This document shows, piece after piece, positions 33,549-48,253 of a stretch of DNA of 64,000 nt. The DNA lies in assembly GCA_963767925.1 (NCBI GenBank), contig CAVYGB010000010.1:1568001-1632000 (forward strand), in the 5' to 3' direction. The notes beneath the pieces are model-generated. The model did not search any database. It was not told where the DNA came from and was given only the letters and a program-made list of their open reading frames with translations. The first letter of the stretch is position 1; each line of letters starts with the position of its first letter. The position numbers and the translations under genes are program-made. The DNA comes from an uncultured delta proteobacterium (GTDB lineage: Bacteria; Myxococcota_A; Polyangia; Fen-1088).

Positions 33549-34088
33549 CTACGAGCCGGCTCCGTCCGGGGGCTCGCCGGTTTCGGCCCCGCTGGCAGCG
33601 CCCGCTCCGTCGACCGGAGGCCCGCCCACTTTCGGGGCCGGGCCGGGATCGATCCCCCGCTCCTTCAGCACCGCGAGATAGTGATCCCGGTCGGCGATGG
33701 CCTGCAGGAGCTTGCCCCGCATGACATCGTTGTTCTGCTTGAGCCGGGTGATGTCGGACAGGTCCCGCTGGCGGGTGGAGTCCGTCTTGGAGGCCCGGGA
33801 GAACGCCTTGATGAACTCCGGCATCGACAGCTCGGCGAACGCCGCCGCGACCCGGTACTTGCCGACCTCGAGCTTCTCCAGGCAGCCCTCGGCGGCCAGG
33901 CCCAGCAACGACCGGGACACCTGCGGCTCACCCGCCCCGATCGACAACGCGATGTCGACCGGAGTAAAGGTCTCGTTGTTGGTCTGCAACTTCTTGAGCT
34001 CATCGTAGAGCTCCTGACGCCCGACCTTGGCACCGGCGTCCGATCCGGACGATGTGCGCATGGAACCGTGACTTCGCTTGAGACTCAT
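33549..34088 (-). CDS. Hypothetical protein, possible winged helix plus coiled coil
   Basis: SD GAGGGAG; FTPVDIALSIGAGEPQVSRSLLGLAAEGCLEK resembles a wHTH. Confidence 0.6.
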   Translation of the reverse strand: MSLKRSHGSMRTSSGSDAGAKVGRQELYDELKKLQTNNETFTPVDIALSIGAGEPQVSRSLLGLAAEGCLEKLEVGKYRVAAAFAELSMPEFIKAFSRASKTDSTRQRDLSDITRLKQNNDVMRGKLLQAIADRDHYLAVLKERGIDPGPAPKVGGPPVDGAGAASGAETGEPPDGAGS

Positions 34089-34168
34089 GCTCCCTCGCTG
34101 GGCCGGATTTATACCACCGATCGACGTTCCGGCGGTGACGCAGAAAGCTAGCGGATAGTTCGCGGAGG

Positions 34169-35287
34169 TCAGCGGCTTTTGCGCCGCTTGCCCCCGCTGG
34201 CGGTCTTGCGCGCCTGGGTCCCCGGAGTTGTCGGGGCCTGGGTGGCGGGGCCGCTGGCGGCCAGCGGCTGCTCCCACAGGCGGAGCGCCGCGGGGTCCTC
34301 CCGGTAGCGCTTGAGCAGGTAGACGAGCAGGGCGATGCCCAGGGTGACCGAGACGAGGCCGATGAACTGGGAGGTCGACAGCGGGCCCACGTTGCCCCGC
34401 TGGTCGTCGTCCCGATAGGTCTCGATGATGGGGCGGACGATGCCGTAGCCGATGACCCAGCCCAGGAAGACCATCCCCGAGAACTTGCGCACCCGGCGCA
34501 GCAACATGAGCAAACCGAACAGGAGCAGGCCGCCCAGGGTCTCGTAGAGCTGGGTGGGGTGGATGGGGAAGGACTCGAACGAGGTGGGCGGGAGCTGGAA
34601 GTTGGCCACGTGGTCCTTCCAGGCCGGGCTGCCCCGGGGGAACGTGATGGCCCAGGGCAGGTCGGTGCGCTTGCCGTAGTCGCAGCCGAACAGCAGACAG
34701 CCGATGCGGGTGATGGCGGTGCCCAGCACCACCGAGGGGGCGGCCACGTCCGCCCAGCGCAGCAGGGGGATCCTGGCCTTGCGGCAGTTGTACCAGCTCG
34801 CCAGAAAGCCCCCGATCATCCCGCCGTAGGCGACCAGGCCCCCCTCCCAGATCTTGAAGACGTCGAGGAAGCTGTCGAGCTCCTCGTACTGGACGACGCT
34901 GTAGAGGAGGCGGGCGCCGACGATCGACCAGACCGCCGTCCACATGTAGATGTGCCCGGCCGTCTCGGCCGAGATGCCGTCCTGGCGGGCCAGCTTCATC
35001 ACCAGGAACCAGCCCACGATCATCGAGATCCCGAGCATCACGCCGTACGAGTGGATGGGGACCGGCAGCCAGGGGCGCGAGAAGACCTCGGGGGTCGGGA
35101 TCCAGGCGCCGCCCCGGAAGCCCATCAGGAAGAAGGCCGCCACCAGCAGGAGCAGGGGCGTCGAGCTCCGCGGGGCGTTGGGGTCTTTTCGCCGCTGTGC
35201 GGTATCGTAGGCGAACGACCCGATGGCCCACAATACCGCCAGGACGAACAGCAATCGGGAGGGCAGCTCGATCAGGACCGGGCGCAT
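34169..35287 (-). CDS. lgt: Prolipoprotein diacylglyceryl transferase, copy 3
   Basis: MRPVL, HSYG, GAR, WEGGLVAYGG, RIGCLLFGCDYG, HPTQLYE, RPIIETYR, STSQ. Confidence 0.86.
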   Translation of the reverse strand: MRPVLIELPSRLLFVLAVLWAIGSFAYDTAQRRKDPNAPRSSTPLLLLVAAFFLMGFRGGAWIPTPEVFSRPWLPVPIHSYGVMLGISMIVGWFLVMKLARQDGISAETAGHIYMWTAVWSIVGARLLYSVVQYEELDSFLDVFKIWEGGLVAYGGMIGGFLASWYNCRKARIPLLRWADVAAPSVVLGTAITRIGCLLFGCDYGKRTDLPWAITFPRGSPAWKDHVANFQLPPTSFESFPIHPTQLYETLGGLLLFGLLMLLRRVRKFSGMVFLGWVIGYGIVRPIIETYRDDDQRGNVGPLSTSQFIGLVSVTLGIALLVYLLKRYREDPAALRLWEQPLAASGPATQAPTTPGTQARKTASGGKRRKSR

Positions 35288-35410
35288 GACCGCCCTATTT
35301 AGCGCGTTTTGCCCGGGACGGGCAGCCGTTCACACAGGTAGACGTCGAACCCGCAACTTCCCGCCGGGGCCGGCCGAAGACCTGCCGTCCCCACAAAAGG
35401 AGCCACCAAC

Positions 35411-36004
35411 ATGTCCGACGTGAAATCCGTGGGCGGCGGCGCCGGCCTGTCCGGCTACATCACCGACCCCGTCTCGCCCCCCGAAAACGGCGACCGGCTG
35501 CTCAGCGACCCGCCCGCCCCGCTCGCTCCGGGGGAGCGCTTCCTGGGCGGCCCCCCCGCCCCGCTGGCCCCCGGCGAGCGTTACATCACCGATCCGCCCG
35601 CCGTCCCGGACCCCGGCGACCGCTTCCTCGGCCAGGCCCCCACCCGGGCCCCCGGCGAACGTTACATCACCGATCCGCCCGCCCCGGGGGACGGCTTCAT
35701 CACCGATCCCCCGACCCGGGGCCCCGGCGAGCGTTACATCACCGATCCGCCCGCCCCTCTCGCCGAGGGCGAACGGTACCTCGGCGCCCCCGGCGTCGAA
35801 GGCCCGCCGCCCGCCCCCCGCCCGGACCCCACCGCCGGCGACTACGCCGTCAGCTCCCTGCGCAACCTCGGAAACGTCGTCGAGGACCTCTGGGACAACA
35901 AATACGGCGCCGCCGCCACGAACGCCGGCCAGGCCGTCATGGACGCCGGCTCCGCCGCCTACGAGCTCCTCTTCGGCGACGACAAGAAGGTGGACCCGAA
36001 ATAG
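35411..36004 (+). CDS. Pro-rich tandem-repeat protein (GERYITDPP repeats)
   Basis: SD AAAGGAG; ~9 imperfect repeats visible in both DNA and protein. Confidence 0.72.
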   Translation: MSDVKSVGGGAGLSGYITDPVSPPENGDRLLSDPPAPLAPGERFLGGPPAPLAPGERYITDPPAVPDPGDRFLGQAPTRAPGERYITDPPAPGDGFITDPPTRGPGERYITDPPAPLAEGERYLGAPGVEGPPPAPRPDPTAGDYAVSSLRNLGNVVEDLWDNKYGAAATNAGQAVMDAGSAAYELLFGDDKKVDPK

Positions 36005-36872
36005 CCCCCCGCTCCTCCGCTCCCCTGTTTGCGCAGGGGCGGTAAACGACCGGAGAGGAGGAACGCCTGATGCGAAGCGCTGAGATTCTGGGGCGGGTCC
36101 TGCGGCTGGTGGCGGCGCATGCGCCGGCCTGGTTCGGCGCGGCGGCGCTGTTCACCGTCCCCCTGGCCCTGGCCCGCCCGCTCGCGGAGACGATGGTGTT
36201 GCCGTTCTGGCGGCCCCTCGGCGTCAGCGGCGCCGGCCACGTCCTCCTGGCCATCGAGATGTTCGCCTACGTGCTCACCTGGGCGGCCCTGGTGGTGTTC
36301 GTGCTGCGCGGGCACCTGGGCCGGCCCGGCGGCTGGAGCGCGACCTGGAACGCGGCGCTGGGGCGGGTGCGGCCGGTGGTCACGGCGTCGCTGGCCCTGC
36401 TCTGGCCCCTCTTCGGCTACTTGCTGGTCCTGTTCGCCCTGCCGATGTTCGTGATCGGCCTGGCCGGCCTGCAGCCGACGCTCGGTCCCTGGTCCATCCG
36501 GCTGGGCAGCGTTTGCCTCGCCGTCCTGGGCACCTTCTTCTCGGTGCTGATCCTGTTCGTCGTGCCGGTGGCGATGTTCGAGCGGGTGGGCGGCCTGCGC
36601 GCCTACCGCCGGGCCCGCGAGCTGCTGGCCGGCAACTGGCGGCTCGTCCTGGGGGTCGTGGCCCCCATCGTGCTGACCGGCGAGCTGCTCACAGCCGTCG
36701 CCCGGTACCTCATCCCCCTCGAATGGGGCGACGATCTGGCGCGCGGCCTGCTGGACAGCGCCTCTCTACCCTTCGACGTGGCCGCCTCGGTGCTGCTGTA
36801 CGTGAACGTCCGCGCCGCGCGAGAGTCGCGCGACGCGGACGGGCTGGTTCGAGAGATCGATCAGAGCCTGGA

Positions 36873-38822
<1,950 letters not shown>

Positions 38823-38919
38823 GTTTACCTTCTCCGGCGTTTCTGTTGCTTCCGCCCGTGCCCGGTACCGTAAGCACCCACGTTGACGCGTCAACCCCGA
38901 CCCGCGACGACGCCGGAAT

Positions 38920-38952
38920 AAAAAAACGGGAGGCCCTTGGGGAGCCTCCCGT
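38920..38952 (-). terminator. Intrinsic terminator downstream of lon, possibly bidirectional
   Basis: Stem ACGGGAGGC/GCCTCCCGT with A7 on the left (U-tract on the - strand) and a T-rich run on the right. Confidence 0.75.
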
Positions 38953-39065
38953 CTTTCTGTCTTTTGGCGGTCGTTGGGGCGCCCGGGGGCGCCTGGAAGC
39001 TGCGGAGCGCCAGCGCCGGGGACGGTCTTCGAAGTAGCCGGGTTCCGTCGCTTCGTCGGGCCCGA

Positions 39066-41483
<2,418 letters not shown>

Positions 41484-41681
41484 CCTTTACAGCGTAATAC
41501 GCACGGACCGAAGGTGCGACAAGTTTGAGAAGGCTCGCCGATGCAGAAAACTTCTACACCGGCGTCGCGAGCCTTCGTCATGCCTCCCTGAAGCCTCCTT
41601 GGAGCCTGACGCGTGGGGTGCCGCCCACCTCGCCAGGCACGTACCATCGCGGGAGGTCGGAACCGTCTCAGGGTTCCGGAG

Positions 41682-43050
41682 CTAGCGCCGAGCGGGCTTG
41701 TCGCCTCCCTGGCTCCCCGGACGCCCGCCGGCGGCGTTGAGCGCGTGGACCGTACCGCCGCCCCCGGCCGAATTCGCGTTAGATGCCGGAGCCCCGCCGA
41801 TGTCTCGCTTGATCCCGTGGTGCGCGAGCACCTTCACCTCGACCTTGTAGGCAATGTCGGGGTGGAGGGTCAGGAAGCTCTTGGCGTTGTCGCGTCCCTG
41901 CCCGATGCGTTCACCCTCGAAGCTGAACCAGGCCCCTGACTTCTCGACCGCCCCGCACTCGCTGCCCAGGTCGACCAGGTCGCCGACGTGGCTGATCCCC
42001 TCACCATAGAGGATGTCGAACTCCACCTCGCGGAAAGGGGGCGCCATCTTGTTCTTGACCACCTTCACCCGCGTCCGGTTACCCACGATCTTCTCCCCGT
42101 CCTTGAGCGCCCCCACCCGCCGGATGTCCATGCGGACGCTGGCGTAGAACTTGAGGGCGTTGCCACCCGTGGTGGTCTCGGGGTTGCCGAACATGACGCC
42201 GATCTTCATCCGGATCTGGTTGATGAAGATGACGAGGGTGTGGGACTTGGAGATGGTGCCGGTCAGCTTGCGCAACGCCTGGCTCATCAGGCGGGCCTGG
42301 AGACCGACGTGGGCGTCGCCCATCTCCCCTTCCAGCTCGGCCTTCGGCGTGAGCGCCGCGACCGAGTCGACGATGATGACGTCGACCGCGCCCGAGCGGA
42401 CCAGCATCTCGGTGATCTCCAGGGCCTGCTCGCCGCAGTCCGGCTGCGACACGAGCAGATCGTCGGTGCGGACGCCCAGCTTGCGGGCATATCCGACATC
42501 GAGGGCGTGCTCGGCGTCGACGAAGGCGCAGATGCCCCCCCTGGCGCTGGGCCTCGGCGACCACGTGCAGGGCCAGGGTGGTCTTGCCCGACGACTCCGG
42601 GCCGTAGATCTCGACCACCCGGCCGCGGGGCAGACCGCCGCAGCCGAGCGCGATGTCGAGCCCCAGCGAGCCGGTGGGGACCACCTTCACCTCGGGCGGG
42701 GGCAGCTCGTCACCGAGGCGCATGATGCTCCCCTTGCCGAACTGCTTTTCGATGGTGGCGACCGCCAGCTCGATGGCCTTGTCCCGGGCGGGATCCCGGG
42801 GGGGCAACGTCGGCAGGGTGCTGACCGCCTGGAGCCGGGGCCCGTCGTCGGCCGGCTCGGCGGCCTTGTCGGCTGCTTTTTCGGCAGATGCTCGCTCCGG
42901 CGCCCGGTCCGCGGGTTTTTCCGCCACTTTTTCCGTCACCTTGTCCGCGACCTTGTCCACGGTCTTGTCAGCAACCTTGGCCTGGGGGCGAGCCGGGCCG
43001 GCCGCGGCCTCGATCTTTGTGTCTTTGTCGTTCTTGTCGGGGGTAGCCAT
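41682..43050 (-). CDS. recA: Recombinase A with long N-terminal extension (frameshift near 42540)
   Basis: [65 protein letters not shown]. Confidence 0.96.
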
Positions 43051-43071
43051 GGTGCTCTCCTTGATTGCGGG

Positions 43072-44397
43072 TCAGACCGAAGCGGGGAAGGCGCGGCGGA
43101 CGAGGTCCAGCGCGAAATAGGCGGACGACCGGCGGATGCGCTCGCGCCCGCCGAAAAAAAGCTGGGTCAGGCTCTGCTCTCCCGCCGGGCCGGAGACGCC
43201 GAAGCAGACCGTCCCGACCGGCTTCTCCCCGGGCGAGGCGCCGCCGGCGGCCGGGAACGGGGCCCGGGCCAGGCCTTCGGACGACGATCCGGCGATGCCG
43301 GTGATCGACACGGCCAGGGTGGCGCCCAGGCGCTCCCGCGCGCCCCGGGCCATCTCGAGGGCGCAAGGCTCGCTGACGGCGCCGTGCTGGGCCAGCGTCT
43401 CGGCGCGCACGCCCAGCAGGGACTGCTTGACGTCGTTGGAGTAGGCCACCACCGCCCCGAGAAAGAAGGCGCTGGCGCCCGGCTCGCTGGTGACGAGCTG
43501 GCCGGCGTACCCGCCCGTGCACGACTCGGCGAAGGCCAGCGTCGCCCCGGCCTCGGTGAGGACCCGGGCCACCACCTTCGGCAGGGAGTCGCCGTCGAGG
43601 CCATAGACCACCGGTCCCAGCCGGACGTTCACCTGGCGCTCCAGCCGGGAGAGCAGCTCACCGTTGCCGACAGCGTCGGGGCCGCGGACCACCAGCTTGA
43701 GGTGGTTCTCGGGCGCGGCGGTCCGGTAGTGAACCGAGACCGAGCAGCCGGCGGGCAGGACCGGCGACACCCCCTCCACCAGGCCGGCCAGGCGGTGGTC
43801 GACGTGGGACTCCCCCATTCCATAGATATGGAAGGTCCGCACCGCGGGCAGCGGCCAGCCCGAGGGCAGCAGCCCCGCCCGCAGCTCGGGCGTCACGTGG
43901 TCCAAAAAAATTCGCTGCATCTCGCGGGGAACCCCGGGAAAGAAGAAGGCCTGGGCCCGGGCGATCCGGACCGAGAAGCCGGGGGCCACCCCCACCGGGT
44001 TGGGCAGCGGGCGGGCCCCGTCCGGCACCCGCACCTGGCGGAGGTTGTTCGGCGTCAGCTCGAAGCCGCGCGCGGCATAACTCTGCTTCATCGCGAGCAG
44101 CGAGGGCTCGTGCGTGACCGGGGTGGTCCCCAGCAGTGCGCAGACCACGTCGACGGTCCGGTCGTCGTCGGTGGGGCCCAGGCCGCCGGTGACGGCGACG
44201 ACGTCGACCGAGCCAGCGAGGGTCTCCAGGGCCTGGCGAATGTCGGCGACGTCGTCCGAGACCACCCGGTGCTCGCGCACGACGAACCCCAGCTCGAAGA
44301 GCTGGTCCGACAGGAAGGCGGCGTTGCCATTGATGATCTCTCCGCGCAGCACCTCATCCCCGATGGCCAGGACGGCTGCGGTGGGTGGAGTAGACAT
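43072..44397 (-). CDS. cinA: CinA family competence/damage-inducible protein (NMN deamidase C-domain)
   Basis: [41 protein letters not shown]. Confidence 0.92.
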   Translation of the reverse strand: MSTPPTAAVLAIGDEVLRGEIINGNAAFLSDQLFELGFVVREHRVVSDDVADIRQALETLAGSVDVVAVTGGLGPTDDDRTVDVVCALLGTTPVTHEPSLLAMKQSYAARGFELTPNNLRQVRVPDGARPLPNPVGVAPGFSVRIARAQAFFFPGVPREMQRIFLDHVTPELRAGLLPSGWPLPAVRTFHIYGMGESHVDHRLAGLVEGVSPVLPAGCSVSVHYRTAAPENHLKLVVRGPDAVGNGELLSRLERQVNVRLGPVVYGLDGDSLPKVVARVLTEAGATLAFAESCTGGYAGQLVTSEPGASAFFLGAVVAYSNDVKQSLLGVRAETLAQHGAVSEPCALEMARGARERLGATLAVSITGIAGSSSEGLARAPFPAAGGASPGEKPVGTVCFGVSGPAGEQSLTQLFFGGRERIRRSSAYFALDLVRRAFPASV

Positions 44398-44435
44398 CTG
44401 TTCAGTACCTTAGACGAGCGGATCCCGGGTGTCAA
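44390..44435 (-). promoter_or_regulatory. Sigma70 promoter of cinA-recA with an overlapping LexA-like box
   Basis: TTGACA(44435-44430)-N17-TAAGGT(44412-44407), then CTGAAC-AGAT-GTCTAC (44405-44390) across the ATG. Confidence 0.7.
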
Positions 44436-44534
44436 CGAGTGGGCCGGGCAGAAAGTCGACAGAATTCGCGACAGGCTTATCGAGCGGCACGCTCTGACAA
44501 AGTTCTCGGACACTATGATAAAAATCGGAGCCCG

Positions 44535-45299
44535 ATGCGAATCCGCTACGCCGCCAAGACGGACCCCGGTCTCAAGCGGAACCACAACGAGGACTACTTT
44601 TCGCTCATCGAGGACGAGCAACTCTTCCTCGTGGCCGATGGCATGGGCGGCCATGCCTGCGGGGAAGTTGCCTCCAAGATGGCGGCGGACGTGATCCGCG
44701 AGTTCTTCGCCCGCTCCAAGGACGACGACGCCACCTGGCCGTTCAAGATGGACCGCCAGCTCACCTACCTGGAAAATCGCCTCGTCGTGGGGATCAAGCT
44801 GGCCAACCAGCGGATCTTCGAGGCGGCCAGCCGGGACATGCGCCTCAAGGGTATGGGCACCACCGTGGTGATCGGCCAGATCGCCGCCGACCGCTTCTAC
44901 ATCGCCCACGTGGGCGACTCGCGCTGCTACCGGGTCCGCAACGGCGATATCAAGCAGATGACCCGGGACCACTCGCTGCTCGAGGACTACAAGGACGCCC
45001 GCCCCGACATGTCCGACGAGGAACAGAAGAAGTTCCCCCACAAGAACGTCATCACCCGGGCGCTCGGCATGCGCGACACCGTCCAGGTCGACGTCTCGAA
45101 CGAGGACATCAAGGACGGCGACCTGTTCCTGCTCTGCTCGGACGGCCTGACCGGCATGGTCGACGAGAAGCGCATCCGCGAGTCCCTCAAGGGCGCCTCC
45201 GACCTGGAGGGCGCCGTCACCGGCCTGGTCGAGTCCGCCAACAACGCCGGCGGCACCGACAACATCACCGTCCTCGCCCTCGAGTGCAAGGTCAACTAG
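44535..45299 (+). CDS. PP2C-family Ser/Thr protein phosphatase
   Basis: [46 protein letters not shown]. Confidence 0.93.
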   Translation: MRIRYAAKTDPGLKRNHNEDYFSLIEDEQLFLVADGMGGHACGEVASKMAADVIREFFARSKDDDATWPFKMDRQLTYLENRLVVGIKLANQRIFEAASRDMRLKGMGTTVVIGQIAADRFYIAHVGDSRCYRVRNGDIKQMTRDHSLLEDYKDARPDMSDEEQKKFPHKNVITRALGMRDTVQVDVSNEDIKDGDLFLLCSDGLTGMVDEKRIRESLKGASDLEGAVTGLVESANNAGGTDNITVLALECKVN

Positions 45300-45621
45300 T
45301 CCCCTGGAAAGGTGAAGGCTTGCATATGTCGGCGAGGCATCTTCGTTCCTGGCAAGGCGCGAGGAGGGCGAATACCCGGCGTATTTAACCGACGAGCAAC
45401 GCAGCCAGGGACGAAGAGGACCGGCGAGATAGGCAAGAAATCACCTTTCCAGGGGACTAGTCCCCTGGAAAGGTGAAGGCTTGCATATGTCGGCGAGGCA
45501 TCTTCGTTCCTGGCAAGGCGCGAGGAGGGCGAATACCCGGCGTATTTAACCGACGAGCAACGCAGCCAGGGACGAAGAGGACCGGCGAGATAGGCAAGAA
45601 ATCACCTTTCCAGGGGACTAG
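45296..45621. mobile_element. Tandem pair of family B CTAG-flanked palindromic elements (45296-45460, 45457-45621)
   Basis: Exact 161-bp period with a shared CTAG; reverse complement of 26019-26183. Confidence 0.88.
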
Positions 45622-45654
45622 GGCAACCCGGCGCCCGTGACAGGCCGGTCCGGG

Positions 45655-47073
45655 TCAGCCTGCTGGCAGGGTGACCTGGAAGGTGGCGCCGCGGGGGCTG
45701 GGGGCGAGCTCCAGGGTGCCGTGGTAGCTCTCGATGATCGATCGGCTGATCGAGAGGCCGAGGCCGGTGCCCTGGCCGGGGGACTTGGTGGTGAAGAAGG
45801 GATCGAAGATCTTGCGGGCGAGCTCGGACGGGATGCCCGGGCCATCGTCGCGGAAGAGCAGGCGCACCGTCGCGGGTCCGGCCTCGCCGCCGGCCCGGGC
45901 GGCGGTCACCGTGACGGGGCCGGCACCGTCCATGGCGTCGGCGGCGTTGAGCAGGAGGTTGACGAAGACCTGGCGCAGCCGGCCCGGTGAGACCTGGACC
46001 AGGGGCCAGGGGCCCGGGTCGGGCTCGGCGTGAAGCTCGATCCGCCGGAAGCGGGCCTGCGCGCGCAGGAGGGCCTCGGCCGAGCGGAGCACCGCCAGGG
46101 GCTCGGTGGCCTGGGCCTCCTCCCTGGTGGGGCGGGAATATTCGAGCAGGTCCTGGATGATCCGGTGAATGCGCTGGGTCTCTGCCTTGACCCGGTCGAG
46201 GGCGTCGCCCCGCTCCGCGGGCGTGAGGACAGCGCCGGGCCCCCCGGCGGTCGCCTCGGAGCGGAGGATCTCGGCGTAACCGAGCACGGCGGCCAGCGGG
46301 TTGCCGATCTCGTGCGCCACCCCGGCGGCGAGCTGCCCCACCGAGGCGAGCTTCTCGGTGCGGATGAGCTGCTCGCGCTGGAGCAGCAGCGACGAGGTCA
46401 TCTGGTTGAGGGCGTCGGCGAGGGCGGCGATCTCGCGCGGGCCGCCGGTCTCGATCCGCCGCTCCCACTCGCCGTTGCCCACCCGGGTGGTGGCGCTCTG
46501 CATGGCCTGCAGCGGCCGCACCACGAGGCGGGTCAGCACGAAGAAGCCCAGGCCGACGACGAGCAGGGCGTCGCCCGCGGCCAGCGCCAGCAGCACCCAG
46601 CCCGAGCGACCCAGCACGGTGGCGAACGGCGGGGGGGCGTCCATCACCAGACGGATCGCCCCCGCCACCCGGCGGCCCACCACCACGGGGGAGTAGGCGT
46701 GCAGCTCGATCACGCTGTCGCTGGCCCGGCGCCGGTAGTGCAGCACCGGCCCCACGCCTCCCAGCACGCCCCCCAGGGCCGTGCGCCGGTCGAGGCCGGC
46801 GGCCTCGGGCTCGGTGTGACTGGGGCGGCTCACGATCACCTTCTGATCGAGGGTCAGCACCTCGACGCGGGTGATCTCGCCCGGGCCCTCCAGGGCCCGC
46901 AGCACCGCGAGCAGGGAGGGGCGGTTCTCGGTCGCCTCGAGGGGCCGATCGGAGGCCACCACCGCCGACACCGCGCCGGCCAGCGCGCCCGACACCGCGC
47001 GGGCCGTCAACTCGCGCTGGCTGACGACGCTCTCGCCCGCGGCCCACAGGGCCAGGTACCCGGTCGACAACAT
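45655..47073 (-). CDS. Membrane sensor histidine kinase (HAMP-HisKA-HATPase)
   Basis: EKLASVGQLAAGVAHEIGNPL, QVFVNLLLNA, DDGPGI, FDPFFTTK, GTGLGL; frame stays open further upstream, so the true start is probably ~47130-47200. Confidence 0.92.
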   Translation of the reverse strand: MLSTGYLALWAAGESVVSQRELTARAVSGALAGAVSAVVASDRPLEATENRPSLLAVLRALEGPGEITRVEVLTLDQKVIVSRPSHTEPEAAGLDRRTALGGVLGGVGPVLHYRRRASDSVIELHAYSPVVVGRRVAGAIRLVMDAPPPFATVLGRSGWVLLALAAGDALLVVGLGFFVLTRLVVRPLQAMQSATTRVGNGEWERRIETGGPREIAALADALNQMTSSLLLQREQLIRTEKLASVGQLAAGVAHEIGNPLAAVLGYAEILRSEATAGGPGAVLTPAERGDALDRVKAETQRIHRIIQDLLEYSRPTREEAQATEPLAVLRSAEALLRAQARFRRIELHAEPDPGPWPLVQVSPGRLRQVFVNLLLNAADAMDGAGPVTVTAARAGGEAGPATVRLLFRDDGPGIPSELARKIFDPFFTTKSPGQGTGLGLSISRSIIESYHGTLELAPSPRGATFQVTLPAG

Positions 47074-47226
47074 GGCGAAGCCGGTGACGAGGCCGAGCCC
47101 CGCCAGGATCTGGACCCGCAGGCCCAGCGGCTTCCAGCCCAGGCTGCGGCCCCAGAACGAGCCCTCCGGCTGCCCCCCTCCGCCCGCGATGGCCTCACCC
47201 TCCCCCGGTCGCGGGGCGGTGCCCCC

Positions 47227-47775
47227 TCAGGTCTGCAGCCACTTGATCGAGCAGCCAAGGGACGGACGCTGCTCGGCGGCGGGCGCCTGGCCCGCCAGCA
47301 GGGCATTCAGCGCGTCGGCCAGGTCGCGGCGGGTCACCTTGGCTGGATCCTTCCAGGAATCGTCGATGCGGCCCCGGTAGGCCAGCCGACGTTTTTCGTC
47401 GAAGACGAAGACGTCGGGGGTGCAGACCGCTCCGAAGGCCCGGGCCACCGACTGCGCTTCGTCATGCAGATAAGGAAAGCCGTAAGCCTTGTTGCGCCAG
47501 CGCTCGGCCAGCTTGTCGTACGCGTCGTCGGGATAGGAGGCTGCGTCGTTCGAGCAGACCCCCACGAACTGCACCTTGTCGCGGTACTCGCGGGCGAGCG
47601 CGATGAGCCTATCTTCGACCGCCTGGACGTAGGGGCAGTGGTTGCAGATGAACATCACCACCAGGACCGGCGCGGCGCCGAAGTCATCCCGCGTATAGGT
47701 CCTGCCGTCGACGGCGCGCAGCCGGAAGTCCGGACAGGCCGAACCGAGCGTCGGACGAGCACTTTCCACTGCCAT
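47227..47775 (-). CDS. Thioredoxin-fold AhpC/TSA family protein
   Basis: FICNHCPYV, SNDAASYPDD, AVCTPD, YRGRIDD, GCSIKW. Confidence 0.9.
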   Translation of the reverse strand: MAVESARPTLGSACPDFRLRAVDGRTYTRDDFGAAPVLVVMFICNHCPYVQAVEDRLIALAREYRDKVQFVGVCSNDAASYPDDAYDKLAERWRNKAYGFPYLHDEAQSVARAFGAVCTPDVFVFDEKRRLAYRGRIDDSWKDPAKVTRRDLADALNALLAGQAPAAEQRPSLGCSIKWLQT

Positions 47776-47965
47776 GACCGGCGCAGCATAACACGCCAGG
47801 CAAGACCCGGCCGGACCCGCCCGCTCCCGGAACGAGGCCCCCCGTCGACACGTTTTCAGACCCCGCGACACCCGATGGAGAAAAACAAAAAGAGTCGCTG
47901 CTGGTGCGGCTGGCCGGTCGTTCCGGCTTGGAATAGCTGGGCCGTTCGCGTAAACATGTCACACG

Positions 47966-48253
47966 ATGGAAAGTGCTCTGTCTACAGCACCTCCTGGCGG
48001 ACCACCGGTGGCTCCCGAGAGATTCGACGAGCTGCTGACCCGCCTGCGTGCCGTGGTGGAGCGATTAGAAGGGGGACACATCTCGCTCGAGGACGGCTTG
48101 CGCTGCTTCGAGGAGGGGATGACCTTGTGCAAGAGGGGCGCCGATATCCTCGACCAGGCTGAGCGGCGGGTGGAAATCCTGCTCGGCTCCGGCGCGCAGG
48201 GGCTACGGACCGCGCCGTTCGAGGCCGGCGCGAACACGCGGGGCGATGAATGA
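47966..48253 (+). CDS. xseB: Exodeoxyribonuclease VII small subunit
   Basis: FDELLTRLRAVVERLEGGHISLEDGLRCFEEG..LDQAERRV; precedes ispA. Confidence 0.9.
   Translation: MESALSTAPPGGPPVAPERFDELLTRLRAVVERLEGGHISLEDGLRCFEEGMTLCKRGADILDQAERRVEILLGSGAQGLRTAPFEAGANTRGDE

Noticed and set aside
45296..45621. CRISPR array
   Set aside because: The units are 161-bp identical palindromes with no unique spacers and no cas genes.
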